A stretch of DNA of 64,000 nucleotides from Candidatus Hydrogenedens sp. GTDB taxonomy: Bacteria; Hydrogenedentota; Hydrogenedentia; Hydrogenedentales; Hydrogenedentaceae. The position numbers were made by a program, and so were the translations under genes. Of this stretch, positions 9,307 through 19,439 are shown in pieces; within the stretch, counting starts at the first letter, position 1; the number at the start of each line of letters is the position of its first letter. The DNA is taken from positions 96,001 through 160,000 of the forward strand of contig JBMFRC010000007.1 in NCBI GenBank assembly GCA_049968235.1, written 5' to 3'. The notes below the pieces were generated by a model. It saw only the letters and a program-made list of their open reading frames with translations. It searched no databases and was not told where the DNA came from.

Positions 9307-11544
9307 TTACTGGCTAATATTCTCTTTCCAGTATTTCTTATTACGCCATTCCCTTATCCTTCCCCACCAATACATTTTTTTCTTTTCATCCCATGGCTTA
9401 TTTCCAAACCGTATTAAATTATACTCCTCTAAAAAAGTCTGAATTTCATTATACAATAAAGGAATTCTGCCCGGTAGTTCTCGCTCTATCTCCTCAACAG
9501 TTAAATTCTGAATCTTCCAGTTATTTCTCGCAAACAAAATTTCCAGTTTTTTAAATAATTGTTTTGCTTCATACTGGTCCTTAGTTAGAGAAATTTTTCT
9601 TGTTTTAACTTGATAAATACGAAATACCCTCCACAATATCTGCCATATCAATCCTAAAAGATAAAGAATACTAAGAAATATTAAAAGGATTACTATAGTC
9701 CCCACCGAAGGAACCGTTATCTTTCCACCCGGATTAATGTAATCATCCAGACTTTTTATAAAACCAAACTTTTCAAGTCCAAAACTAGGCAATTGAAATC
9801 CACGGTCAAATCCTACAACCTGTTGATACCAGAACATTCGTGTACGTAACATCCAACGCGTTAATTGCATTATAATCTGGTTCCTCATAAAATAATTAGA
9901 ATCAGGTAATGGGGATGGGTCAAAAGGGACCCAGCCATAGTTAAGAAATAAGACCTCCACCCATAGATGAGCCATCCCCTCTCGTACAAGATAAGAACGG
10001 CTTTGTGTGTCCCATTCTCCTCCTACATATCCTGAAACTACACGAGCAGGTATCCCCAAACTTCGTACAGCAAGAGCCATTGCACTGGCAAACAGTTCAC
10101 AATGTCCACGACGAATCTGCAAAAAAAAGGCATTCATCGGATGGTCTCCTGGCAATGGAGGTATATCCAACGTATATTGAAATTCCGGACCTGATAGCCA
10201 ATCTTCTATCGCAAGAACTTTATCATACACAGTTGCTTTCCCTTCCACAACCCTCTGGATTCGTGCTTGCACCTCCGGTGATAAATCATGTTGCGTTAAT
10301 AAATCATAATCCCGCTGAGACATAATTTCTTTATAATTATCCGGAGCCGTCCTCAATTTTGTTCCATCCCACTGAATAAGATCTGAAACCACACGATAAA
10401 CCAATCTCCGTGCATTATTAGAAGAAAACGATACTGTATAATCCTTTGTAGAATCCCAATTTAATGAAACCTGACTTCCTGATTCCCTCACACGAAATTC
10501 CCTCACACGGTCTAACACAGGAATACCATCTTCTGGAATATTGTCAAGATATATCTCCTGCACAACCTGAGTAGAAGGCATCTCCCTTTCTCTATCTAAG
10601 ATAACCGTATTTCTTCCTCCATTTTTTTGCACTTGAATGGCTCGTAATAATCCCATAAAAGAAATAGAACCACTTGTAGGTTCATACGAATCCTCCAGAG
10701 GCCATCTACGCCATTGTATTCCAAGATAAGTAGGTAAACTTGTAATGCGCCAATATAATTGATTCTGTGGTATCGGTGGATTTATACCTGCTGAAGGAAT
10801 GAAAACACTCATTACTGGTATATAAGAGATAGCAATAGTCTGCCCTCCCCTCAATGAGACACTGGTTGCAATCCCTGTTCTCGAAATGGCTCCTAAATCA
10901 CGACCAAAAATCCCTGCTTCCATACGAGGCATAAATAAAAATCCGGAAATGATAAAAGCCCAACCTATAACAATATTCAATAAAACAAAAACGACCAGAT
11001 AAAACCGATACGCAGGAAATATCCGCTTCAAATGAACCCATGGAACAGAAATACTCCTTCCCTGTTTATCTTTTCCATAAACCACTGTAACAACTGGCAA
11101 TAAAATAAAAACACAACATACAAACAAAATAAACGAAATACCTACAATAAATTCAGGAGCCTGAACCCCTGCTCCCAATAGTAGGAAAAAACTCATCAAA
11201 ATAATATACAGATACTCTTTCATTCCCTTAGGTCGCACTACCAATGTTAACTGTATCATGCCCGTCAGTAAAAGCACCGTATCCAATATCCCCAATACCA
11301 TTATTAACACCGGTAAAGCAATGCTCACTACCCACAATGGAATTTGAACCCAAAACGGATATCCGGGATACTTCTCTACAATTTTTTCAACAAAAAAACT
11401 TAATATCAACGGCACTATCGGAATAAATAGCACTACCATCCCATAGGACCGAACTGCTGTTAACGCCAGGTATGCAGACATTACTGCAATCAATACTGAT
11501 AGTTTTAATATCAAATTATGTCTATCTTCCTGCAGAAATAACAT
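9307..11544 (-). CDS. transglutaminase-like (TgpA-type) multi-pass membrane protein
   Basis: N-terminal polytopic region. Transglutaminase core 'RRGHCELFASAMALAVRSLGIPARVVSGY...GMAHLWVEV' shows Cys/His/Asp spacing. Confidence 0.75.
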   Translation of the reverse strand: MLFLQEDRHNLILKLSVLIAVMSAYLALTAVRSYGMVVLFIPIVPLILSFFVEKIVEKYPGYPFWVQIPLWVVSIALPVLIMVLGILDTVLLLTGMIQLTLVVRPKGMKEYLYIILMSFFLLLGAGVQAPEFIVGISFILFVCCVFILLPVVTVVYGKDKQGRSISVPWVHLKRIFPAYRFYLVVFVLLNIVIGWAFIISGFLFMPRMEAGIFGRDLGAISRTGIATSVSLRGGQTIAISYIPVMSVFIPSAGINPPIPQNQLYWRITSLPTYLGIQWRRWPLEDSYEPTSGSISFMGLLRAIQVQKNGGRNTVILDREREMPSTQVVQEIYLDNIPEDGIPVLDRVREFRVRESGSQVSLNWDSTKDYTVSFSSNNARRLVYRVVSDLIQWDGTKLRTAPDNYKEIMSQRDYDLLTQHDLSPEVQARIQRVVEGKATVYDKVLAIEDWLSGPEFQYTLDIPPLPGDHPMNAFFLQIRRGHCELFASAMALAVRSLGIPARVVSGYVGGEWDTQSRSYLVREGMAHLWVEVLFLNYGWVPFDPSPLPDSNYFMRNQIIMQLTRWMLRTRMFWYQQVVGFDRGFQLPSFGLEKFGFIKSLDDYINPGGKITVPSVGTIVILLIFLSILYLLGLIWQILWRVFRIYQVKTRKISLTKDQYEAKQLFKKLEILFARNNWKIQNLTVEEIERELPGRIPLLYNEIQTFLEEYNLIRFGNKPWDEKKKMYWWGRIREWRNKKYWKENISQ

Positions 11545-12619
11545 CAGGATTTACCACCCTCATACCAGTTGATAGTATTTGTCCCCATAATTCGGGATTA
11601 ATAGACAAAAGTAACAATCTTGAACTCCTACCTTCCTGGACAAAACGATTCCATAGTTTCTCATTTATTTCTTCATTGTCAACAGGTTGCAGTAAGGCAA
11701 GTCTCTTCAGTATCAAATTTAATTGTCCTACCCCATGTCCGGGAGGTATCTTATCCTCATCTGTCCATATACCCACTCGAAATTGTTTCATAAGAAGAGA
11801 GAACGCCAGAGAAGCGACAAAATCCATCATTTCTTCAAAAATCTCCTCATTATTTTCTCCATTAGGTCTTCTTAAATCCAGGTAAATCAAATATTGATTG
11901 GGTAAACTCAATGCCCATTCTCGAACTAACCACACACCCAAACGAGCACTTATTTTCCATGCGATATATCGTAAATCATCCCCCGGTTGGTATTCTCGAA
12001 TAGAGTAATAATCCCCCGATTCGGAAATAAGTGTCCGTGTCGGGACGCGACTCCCTCCAGCAAAATTCCCCAATGATTGCACCTTAAGAAATTGTGTTTT
12101 AGGCACTACCAACACATCCGCCTCTACTTGATACCATGCCTCTCTTTCTATAATTCCCAATGGAAATTCTGACCGTATCACTACCTCTCTTACTCGAACA
12201 CGACCCCGCTTCGGAAATTTCTGTTCTAATGAAAACTCAATATATTGATTTACAGGTAAAACAGGTATCTTTTTCCAGAATATTCTCGTCCTTATCCCAT
12301 GTGTATCCTCAATTACACCTTCTACAGAAACACCGAACAAAGGTGTACACTTTTTCTTATTCTCTAAGCGTATCCATATATTAGCCTCACTCCCTCTTGT
12401 AACCTGTTCCGGCACTAATATTTCAAGATGAGGTGGTTTAAAATTCCATTTCGAAAATACTTCCGCACATACCGCAACAGAGAAACAGATAGAGAAAGCC
12501 AGATATAAAATATTATTACCACTATTCCATGCAGAAAGTAATAAAAGAATGGTAAAAAATACTTCCCCCCACCAATAAGTTCGTATCGTCTTCGTTCGTG
12601 TAGGTAATCCTGAAATCAT
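11522..12619 (-). CDS. DUF58 domain protein (MoxR-associated, vWA-like)
   Basis: DUF58 signature 'YSIREYQPGDDLRYIAWKISARLG'. Lies between the MoxR ATPase and TgpA-like genes. Confidence 0.75.
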   Translation of the reverse strand: MISGLPTRTKTIRTYWWGEVFFTILLLLSAWNSGNNILYLAFSICFSVAVCAEVFSKWNFKPPHLEILVPEQVTRGSEANIWIRLENKKKCTPLFGVSVEGVIEDTHGIRTRIFWKKIPVLPVNQYIEFSLEQKFPKRGRVRVREVVIRSEFPLGIIEREAWYQVEADVLVVPKTQFLKVQSLGNFAGGSRVPTRTLISESGDYYSIREYQPGDDLRYIAWKISARLGVWLVREWALSLPNQYLIYLDLRRPNGENNEEIFEEMMDFVASLAFSLLMKQFRVGIWTDEDKIPPGHGVGQLNLILKRLALLQPVDNEEINEKLWNRFVQEGRSSRLLLLSINPELWGQILSTGMRVVNPDVISAGR

Positions 12620-12621
12620 AA

Positions 12622-13569
12622 TCAGCGTGGAATAGGAACTCTTTGGAGAATATCCTGAATAATTTTTTTCCGTTCTTCGGCTATATGTATGAGATTAAAA
12701 GACCTCGATTTTGAAATCAGCCGATGAGACAATACAGGTTCTGCCACCTCTCGAACATCCTGCGGAGTTGCAAAATCTCTCCCATTAATGAGTGCCCATG
12801 CCTGAGTTGCTACATACAAACTCTGGGTCCCTCTGGGGCTTATTCCCAACTCCACCTGCTCATGGTTCCGTGTCTGTTCAATAATCTGCAAAATATAATC
12901 CATTATTGACTCATCAACAAATATTTTCTTCGTCTGCTCCTGTAATTCTGTAACTTCTTCCGAGGTTATTACAGGCGGTAATTCACTTATCTCTTTCACC
13001 ACCTCTCTTTTTTTCATTATAACAAGTTCTTCCTCTGCCGGAGGATAACCTATTTCCAACCGAATTAAAAATCTATCTAACTGTGATTCCGGCAAACTAT
13101 ATGTGCCTTCATACTCAATAGGATTTTGTGTTGCTATCACAATGAAAGGTTGGGGTAAAGGATAGGTATTGCCGTCAACAGACACCTGATTTTCACTCAT
13201 GGCTTCTAACAAAGCACTTTGCGTTTTGGGTGGAGTTCGATTGATTTCATCCGCAAGCACTATATTGGCAAAAATAGGTCCTCTACGAAACTCAAAATCC
13301 GTTGTCCGTGGATTTAATATAGATACCCCCAAAATATCTGATGGCAACATATCGCTGGTAAATTGAATACGATGAAAAACACAATTCATGGAACGGGCTA
13401 ATACTTGTGCCAGTGTTGTTTTACCCATTCCCGGAACATCCTCGATAAGAATATGTCCCCGCGAAAGTATCCCCGTTACACAAAGTTTGATAGCATGTGT
13501 TTTACCTAAAAAAACACGTTCTACATTCTGAATTAACTTATCAATTTTATTCTTATAAATTTCAATCAT
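12622..13569 (-). CDS. MoxR-family AAA+ ATPase
   Basis: Walker A 'GMGKTT' and 'LLEAMSENQVSVDG' are MoxR hallmarks. Confidence 0.85.
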   Translation of the reverse strand: MIEIYKNKIDKLIQNVERVFLGKTHAIKLCVTGILSRGHILIEDVPGMGKTTLAQVLARSMNCVFHRIQFTSDMLPSDILGVSILNPRTTDFEFRRGPIFANIVLADEINRTPPKTQSALLEAMSENQVSVDGNTYPLPQPFIVIATQNPIEYEGTYSLPESQLDRFLIRLEIGYPPAEEELVIMKKREVVKEISELPPVITSEEVTELQEQTKKIFVDESIMDYILQIIEQTRNHEQVELGISPRGTQSLYVATQAWALINGRDFATPQDVREVAEPVLSHRLISKSRSFNLIHIAEERKKIIQDILQRVPIPR

Positions 13570-13625
13570 ATTAGCAAAACAATCTCTCTATATGTTTAAT
13601 TCCTATATATAAAAACTTTACTTTA

Positions 13626-14642
13626 TCAAAGCCATTCGGCAAACCAATCTTCAATAACAGGTAACAAGGAACTTTTGAAGTTTTTTGTCTTTCTTTGAAC
13701 AACCTGCAATGCCTCTGGCATTCCCAATAAATCATATATTCGCTCTGCAGATTTAATATATGGAATACTGGTTTTCCCTTTAGGAGTAATCTCCCCTTCT
13801 CCGGAAGGATTTATAATCATTACCGCACTTGTAGCACAAAGAGCAAGTATGTGTTCAATATCAAAAGTCTCTTTTCCCTCTTCTATCTCTTTACGAAGTT
13901 CTGGGATTAAATTATTTTTACATTGGAAAAGCCAGTTATTCTTATTCCTTTTATCCTTCCATGAGGACAAAGGACCTATTGCCACACATGCCTGAATAGA
14001 TGGCTCTATTGCCGTTAAAAGTATTGCTTGTAGAGCACCGAAACCTTTACCCAGGACACCAATACTTGTAATATCAGTTGTAAACCATGTTCCAAAAACA
14101 CGAAACCCCGCAAGATAATCCATTATTAGTTTCCCTTGATATACCACTTTAGAGAACTTTGAATCCTGTGATTTTGCTCCCCCTTTAATTTGTTTCGGTT
14201 CCGTTCGTTCCCCAAAGTATAAGCAATCCGGAACCATAGTAATATAGCCAGAATATGCAAGTTCTCGGGCAATTGCATAATTAGGGTCCCCTTCGATACC
14301 TGCAAACTCATCCTTCCCTTGAGGAATATAATCATGGCAACAGAGAACAGCGGGTTTAGATTCCTTCTTATTCCGTTCCGGGGCAAAAACCCATGCGGTA
14401 ATCCGTTCATCCTCATGAACAGAATACTCTATCTTATACCTCCGAATGTCATCTTCTCCTATCTCATCGATAATCTTTGTGTGTGGGACAAAAATACTGG
14501 AACGGTCTTCTTCTATTTCATCGTAAAGAGGGTCACTCAATATCAATATCTCTTCACCAAGATAATGCAAAAACCGCTTCTTTAACTCTTCTCTCTGTTC
14601 TCGCCATACCTCTGCTGATTTTATTTTCGATAAATCTATCAT
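13626..14642 (-). CDS. alpha/beta-hydrolase-like protein with degenerate nucleophile elbow (GKGFG)
   Basis: Topology resembles the dienelactone-hydrolase / AXE1 type, but Ser/Cys is replaced by Gly at the expected elbow. Confidence 0.4.
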   Translation of the reverse strand: MIDLSKIKSAEVWREQREELKKRFLHYLGEEILILSDPLYDEIEEDRSSIFVPHTKIIDEIGEDDIRRYKIEYSVHEDERITAWVFAPERNKKESKPAVLCCHDYIPQGKDEFAGIEGDPNYAIARELAYSGYITMVPDCLYFGERTEPKQIKGGAKSQDSKFSKVVYQGKLIMDYLAGFRVFGTWFTTDITSIGVLGKGFGALQAILLTAIEPSIQACVAIGPLSSWKDKRNKNNWLFQCKNNLIPELRKEIEEGKETFDIEHILALCATSAVMIINPSGEGEITPKGKTSIPYIKSAERIYDLLGMPEALQVVQRKTKNFKSSLLPVIEDWFAEWL

Positions 14643-14767
14643 AATTTCTTGCCTTCTAATTTAAAATAACATATTCTTTTATAATTCCTGATTATTATTT
14701 AATGGGAAGAATTATAATCATAACATTACTTACAAATAGGGTTGCAATTTTCCATTTTTTTCTTACA

Positions 14768-15616
14768 TTATTTTTCTTTCTTCAAACGATATAAATATAC
14801 ACAATCTCGAGCTGTAACAAGAAATTCATCTCCATTTTTCCCTCCAAAAGCACAATTAGCAGGATGTTTTGGAACCTTAATAATATCTATCCTCTCCCCT
14901 TTACTATTAAACACAATTACTCCTTCCGATGATGTAACCCAAAGATTATCCTGCTTATCTATTTTTATCCCATCCGGAGACGCCACATCGCAAAATTTCA
15001 TACCCTCTATTGGATATTCTTTTCCTTCATATAAAAACTTAAAAACGGCATCCTGTCCTGTATCAGCAACGAATAAAACTTTCTCATCTCTTGACAATGC
15101 TATTCCGTTAGGTCTCTTTAAGTTTTTATTAATAAGTCTAATATCTCCTTTGGGAGTAATTTCATAAATTCCACAAAAATCAAGTTCTGCATTCGGTCCA
15201 TCCAAACCACCCGGCAAACCATAAGGAGGGTCCGTAAAAAATATAGTACCATCTGAACGAACTACCAAATCATTAGGACTATTAAAACGCTTTCCCTGAT
15301 ACTTTTCTATAACAACATCAATAGTCCTATCATTACGCAACCTTGAAATTCTTCGATTTCCATGTTCTGCCAAAAGAATATTTCCTTCCTTATCCAGTCC
15401 CAGACCATTTGAGTTCCCACTGGGAGTTAAACAAACCTCATGATTAGCTAATTTGTAAACCGTATTTGCAGGTATATCGCTAAATATCCAACCCAATTCT
15501 TCCACCCACAAAGGCCCTTCTGTAAATTTAAAGCCACAAACTTCTATTACCGGTTGTTCCTGGGCTAATAATGTTGTAAAAAAAGACAATTGATAAAGCA
15601 AAATAAAAAAACTCAT
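14768..15616 (-). CDS. secreted SMP-30/gluconolactonase/LRE-like beta-propeller protein
   Basis: 'FTEGPLWV', 'PNGIALSRDEKVLFVADTGQD' and 'RPNG' SGL-family motifs. The start was set at MSFFILLYQLSFFTTLLAQ (signal peptide); the ORF is open to 15784. Confidence 0.7.
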   Translation of the reverse strand: MSFFILLYQLSFFTTLLAQEQPVIEVCGFKFTEGPLWVEELGWIFSDIPANTVYKLANHEVCLTPSGNSNGLGLDKEGNILLAEHGNRRISRLRNDRTIDVVIEKYQGKRFNSPNDLVVRSDGTIFFTDPPYGLPGGLDGPNAELDFCGIYEITPKGDIRLINKNLKRPNGIALSRDEKVLFVADTGQDAVFKFLYEGKEYPIEGMKFCDVASPDGIKIDKQDNLWVTSSEGVIVFNSKGERIDIIKVPKHPANCAFGGKNGDEFLVTARDCVYLYRLKKEK

Positions 15617-15718
15617 TTCGCATCTCCTAATATATTCATTTTTTATCCTCCTGTTAATTAGCATATCATAATAAAATTTATGATGAAAGTTTATAAAACA
15701 TGTTGGGAGATGTTTTTC

Positions 15719-16609
15719 ATGCAACAAAAAATCCCCTGGTTTTTTTCCATGCACGGTGGACACAGTAAAGAATTTTGCGACCATGCAGAAAGCGGTATTG
15801 AAGATATAGTTATTCGTGCTATTGAATTAAATATGCCTGTTTACGGCTTTTCGGAGCACGCCCCGCGAAAATATGAAAAATACCTCTACCCTGAAGAAAT
15901 AGAATTAAAAAAAACACCCCGGGACCTTATTCATAATTTCTATGCCTACTGTAAAACTCTTGATAAACTTCAAGAAAAATATGCTTCAAAAATTACACTA
16001 TTAAAAGGTTTGGAAATTGAAGTAGTACCCCCGGGTGAATATATTTCCTTTAACCAACAATTAATAAAAGAAGGGAATATCGAATATGTAGTTGGCTCAG
16101 TCCATTGGGTTAATGAACAAATGACAGATTTTTCTTCTCAGACCTTTTATAAAGCGGTTGAGACGCATCACGGCTTAGAAAACTTAATGATTGCTTATTA
16201 TCAGACTTTAAAAAATATGGTCATTTCTATAAAACCAGATATTGTAGCCCATTTTGATTTAATTACCTGCTTTTTAAAACCTGAAGAACTGCCCAACTAC
16301 TCTTCTAAATTAATCAACACTATAGAAGAAACCCTAGAAGAAGTGAAAAAGAACGACTGTATTCTTGAACTCAATACCAGCGGTCTAAGAAAACCTATAC
16401 AACGCATATTCCCCGATACTTTTATTATCCAGAAATCTGCCAAATTGGGAATCCCCTTCACTTTTGCAGATGATTCCCATAATACCCAACAGGTCGGATA
16501 CAAATTAGAAAAAGCAAGAGAATTATTATTAAATCAAGGTATCACATACATCACCCGACTTAATAAATATCAACAAAAAATAATTCGCGAACAAATTACA
16601 CTCATTTAA
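15719..16609 (+). CDS. PHP-domain phosphoesterase (HisJ-family histidinol-phosphatase-like)
   Basis: 'HGGHSKEFCDHA' and 'YGFSEHAPR' PHP motifs. A GGGAG RBS lies 9 nt before the ATG at 15719. Confidence 0.6.
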   Translation: MQQKIPWFFSMHGGHSKEFCDHAESGIEDIVIRAIELNMPVYGFSEHAPRKYEKYLYPEEIELKKTPRDLIHNFYAYCKTLDKLQEKYASKITLLKGLEIEVVPPGEYISFNQQLIKEGNIEYVVGSVHWVNEQMTDFSSQTFYKAVETHHGLENLMIAYYQTLKNMVISIKPDIVAHFDLITCFLKPEELPNYSSKLINTIEETLEEVKKNDCILELNTSGLRKPIQRIFPDTFIIQKSAKLGIPFTFADDSHNTQQVGYKLEKARELLLNQGITYITRLNKYQQKIIREQITLI

Positions 16610-16757
16610 TTCTTCGCAACATATTACCTGATAAATTCTTTATATAAAATTAGATACATTAATAACACTTTTCTTCAACAAACTTCGTGTAAACATTTCC
16701 ACTACTCTTAACTATTGAATCGCAAGTAATTCATATTGATTCTTTATACTACTAAAA

Positions 16758-17906
16758 CTATTTCTTTATTTTTGACCTGCAAAATTCTCTGAAATCATCC
16801 TTACCACACTTCAACATAAGAATATCCGTTTGTTTCAACATACCGATTATCCATGGGTAATCCCTCGTAATGGGACTGCTGTAATAACATATATAAATAT
16901 TTTCTCCACGCATAGCAACCCCACCATATGCCGTATCACCTGCACTGGGAAAATCTGTCAACCATTTTAATCCTTCGAGTTCTACATACCACAAAGATGT
17001 TCTTTTCCTATTTAAAATACTCCCCATATACCAGAGAGGACCTGTATTATTGTAATCCCTCCTTCCTATCGCAAAAACTTTTCCATCAAAAGCGAATAAA
17101 CAGGGACCATCCAATCGTGTTTTTTTATCCCGTATCTTACTCCACTCTTTATAAGGAGGTTTCGCTGTTGCCACTAAAGTGCTCCCCTCAGGATGACCCA
17201 GCCATGAATCCGAGTATTCCAGTCTTGCAGTGCAAATAATTGTATTATCCGGTAAAAATTCAAAATCCGTCTCATCATTTCTGTCCCCTTCATGAATTAT
17301 AGATACCAACTCCCAGTTAATCCCATCTCTTGAACGAAACAATGCAGATTTGCCATGTTCATTCCAATATCCTGTAACATACCAATTGATAAAATCCCTC
17401 GTTTTGGGTCTCCATAAAAGCCAACCTTCCGCATCACCTTTCAATGGTTCAAAGGGTGTCCAGTTTCTCCCATCCATGGACCTCGCATATAAAGTACGAT
17501 ATGGCTCTGCAAAAAAATTCCTATTAACAAGCACATATAAAAACAACTGTCCATTAATTTCTGCAAATTTCGGGTCACGTATATCTTCTCCCGGCGAATT
17601 AAACTCCCTTATTTTTTCCCATTTAACCCCATCATCAGATTTCCACAACCATAATTTACAATGAGTACTCCCTAAATGAAACGGAGAATTGGCGTGAATT
17701 AAATAAAACACCCCTCGCCAACAGATCATATCCGAATTGGAATTATGCAATCCATTAGAATACATAACATCGAGACTATATCGAAATGATTGGTCTACCT
17801 CTACTTTATTTGTCCGATAAATTGACCAAATAACAATTGAAAAAAGAATACCTACTACTAATAAAACTACAATAAAAAATATTTGAATATATCTTTTACC
17901 TGTCAT
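16758..17906 (-). CDS. membrane-anchored BNR/sialidase-like beta-propeller protein
   Basis: N-terminal TM anchor plus repeated S-x-D-x-G-x-x-W motifs (SDDGVKWEKI, SMDGRNWTPF, SRDGINWELV). Confidence 0.55.
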   Translation of the reverse strand: MTGKRYIQIFFIVVLLVVGILFSIVIWSIYRTNKVEVDQSFRYSLDVMYSNGLHNSNSDMICWRGVFYLIHANSPFHLGSTHCKLWLWKSDDGVKWEKIREFNSPGEDIRDPKFAEINGQLFLYVLVNRNFFAEPYRTLYARSMDGRNWTPFEPLKGDAEGWLLWRPKTRDFINWYVTGYWNEHGKSALFRSRDGINWELVSIIHEGDRNDETDFEFLPDNTIICTARLEYSDSWLGHPEGSTLVATAKPPYKEWSKIRDKKTRLDGPCLFAFDGKVFAIGRRDYNNTGPLWYMGSILNRKRTSLWYVELEGLKWLTDFPSAGDTAYGGVAMRGENIYICYYSSPITRDYPWIIGMLKQTDILMLKCGKDDFREFCRSKIKK

Positions 17907-18023
17907 TATTATATCCCTGTACTTATTTATTTTATAATTTCAATTGACTTTATTGATTATATTTATGATAATAATATAATACTATATTCGCAATAAATTT
18001 TTAATAATATAGGAGAAAGTAAA

Positions 18024-19364
18024 ATGAATAATCCCCCGAAAGAAAAAGGACGTAGAGAATTTCTGAAAACCACAGCCACTATCGGCTCCGCAGTTTACTT
18101 AGGAAGTCAGGTAAAAGCAACTGCTCAAACAACCTCTGAGACCTTAAAAAAAGAAACTTTAGCAATTAATGGAGGTTCTCCCGCAGTAACATCCCATCCC
18201 TCAGATGCAACAAAATGGCCCATCTACGGCGATGAGGAAATTCAATTGGTCTCAGAATTAATCAAAAATCCCAGTTATGCACCCATTACTGAGTTTGAAG
18301 AAGCATGGAAAAAGCACTTCGATTGTCCTTTTGTTAAAGCCCACTGCAACGGAACCAGTGCATTGACCTCTATACTATTCGCTCTTGACTTACCTCCCGG
18401 CAGTGAAATACTTGTTCCCGACTATAGCACATGGTTCCCGGTAGTTCCCATGCGTTTTCTTAAATATGTTCCCGTATTTGTTGATGTTAATCCCAAAACC
18501 ATGAACATAGATGTTGAAGATTGTAAAAAACGACTTTCTCCAAAAACGCGTGCTATCCTCCCTGTTCATTGGTATGGCGTCCCCTGTGATATGGATTTAA
18601 TTAATGATTTTGCGAAAGAACACGGACTGGAAGTTGTTGAAGATGCCAGTCATGCACACGGTGCGAAGTTAAAGGATATTTATATTGGCAAATGGGGACG
18701 AATGGCAGGCTTTAGTCTTCAAACGACGAAACCCTTGCCTGCTATTGAAGGTGGAATAGCAATGTATAGAGACATTCGTGACTATGAGCGTTCCGTAACC
18801 TTTGGAAACTATGACCTACCTAAAACATTTCCAGAAGATAGCCCTTACCGAAAATATCAAGGCACAGCCTTTGGCAGTAAATTAAGGATACATCCCATTG
18901 CCGCTATCCTTGCAAATGTTCAGTTAAAAACATTGACAGAAAGAAATATAAAAGGTGTCTCTCAAATGAAAAAACTGAATAACGCCATCACACAACTTCC
19001 AGGGCTTTCCGCTCAATATGTCCGTCCTGACGCAGAAAGAGTTTACTATTCCAGAAACTTAATGTTTATAGACGAAAAAAAAGCAGGAGCATCCCGTTCC
19101 GCAATTGTTAAAGCGTTAAAGGCGGAAGGTGTAGATGTAGTTGAATATCAGTGGACATTACTTCATACCTATCCTATCTTTAGTGAAAATAAATGGTGGG
19201 ACTACATGCCCGTTCTTCCGAAAGAAGGTACTCCAAAGGGATGTGAAGAAGCCAATCGTACCGCCATATCTTTGCCGTACTTTACCACCGAACAACCTGA
19301 ACTTGTAGAACAATACATTCACGCTTTCCAGAAAGTCTGGTCAAATATAGACAAACTCAGTTAA
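18024..19364 (+). CDS. DegT/DnrJ/EryC1-family PLP-dependent aminotransferase carrying a twin-arginine (Tat) signal peptide
   Basis: 'GRREFLKTTATIGSAVYLGSQVKATAQ' Tat signal. The DegT-like body ends in 'SLQTTKPLPAIEGG' (PLP-Lys region). Confidence 0.7.
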   Translation: MNNPPKEKGRREFLKTTATIGSAVYLGSQVKATAQTTSETLKKETLAINGGSPAVTSHPSDATKWPIYGDEEIQLVSELIKNPSYAPITEFEEAWKKHFDCPFVKAHCNGTSALTSILFALDLPPGSEILVPDYSTWFPVVPMRFLKYVPVFVDVNPKTMNIDVEDCKKRLSPKTRAILPVHWYGVPCDMDLINDFAKEHGLEVVEDASHAHGAKLKDIYIGKWGRMAGFSLQTTKPLPAIEGGIAMYRDIRDYERSVTFGNYDLPKTFPEDSPYRKYQGTAFGSKLRIHPIAAILANVQLKTLTERNIKGVSQMKKLNNAITQLPGLSAQYVRPDAERVYYSRNLMFIDEKKAGASRSAIVKALKAEGVDVVEYQWTLLHTYPIFSENKWWDYMPVLPKEGTPKGCEEANRTAISLPYFTTEQPELVEQYIHAFQKVWSNIDKLS

Positions 19365-19439
19365 AACATAGCAGAAACATTTTCACTTAAAAACAGTCTA
19401 ATCAAATAAAACAAATACACCGACAGAAGGAGCGTATTT

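Noticed and set aside
14742-15167. ORF 14742..15167 (+)
   Set aside because: Antisense to the gluconolactonase-like gene, with low-complexity translation.
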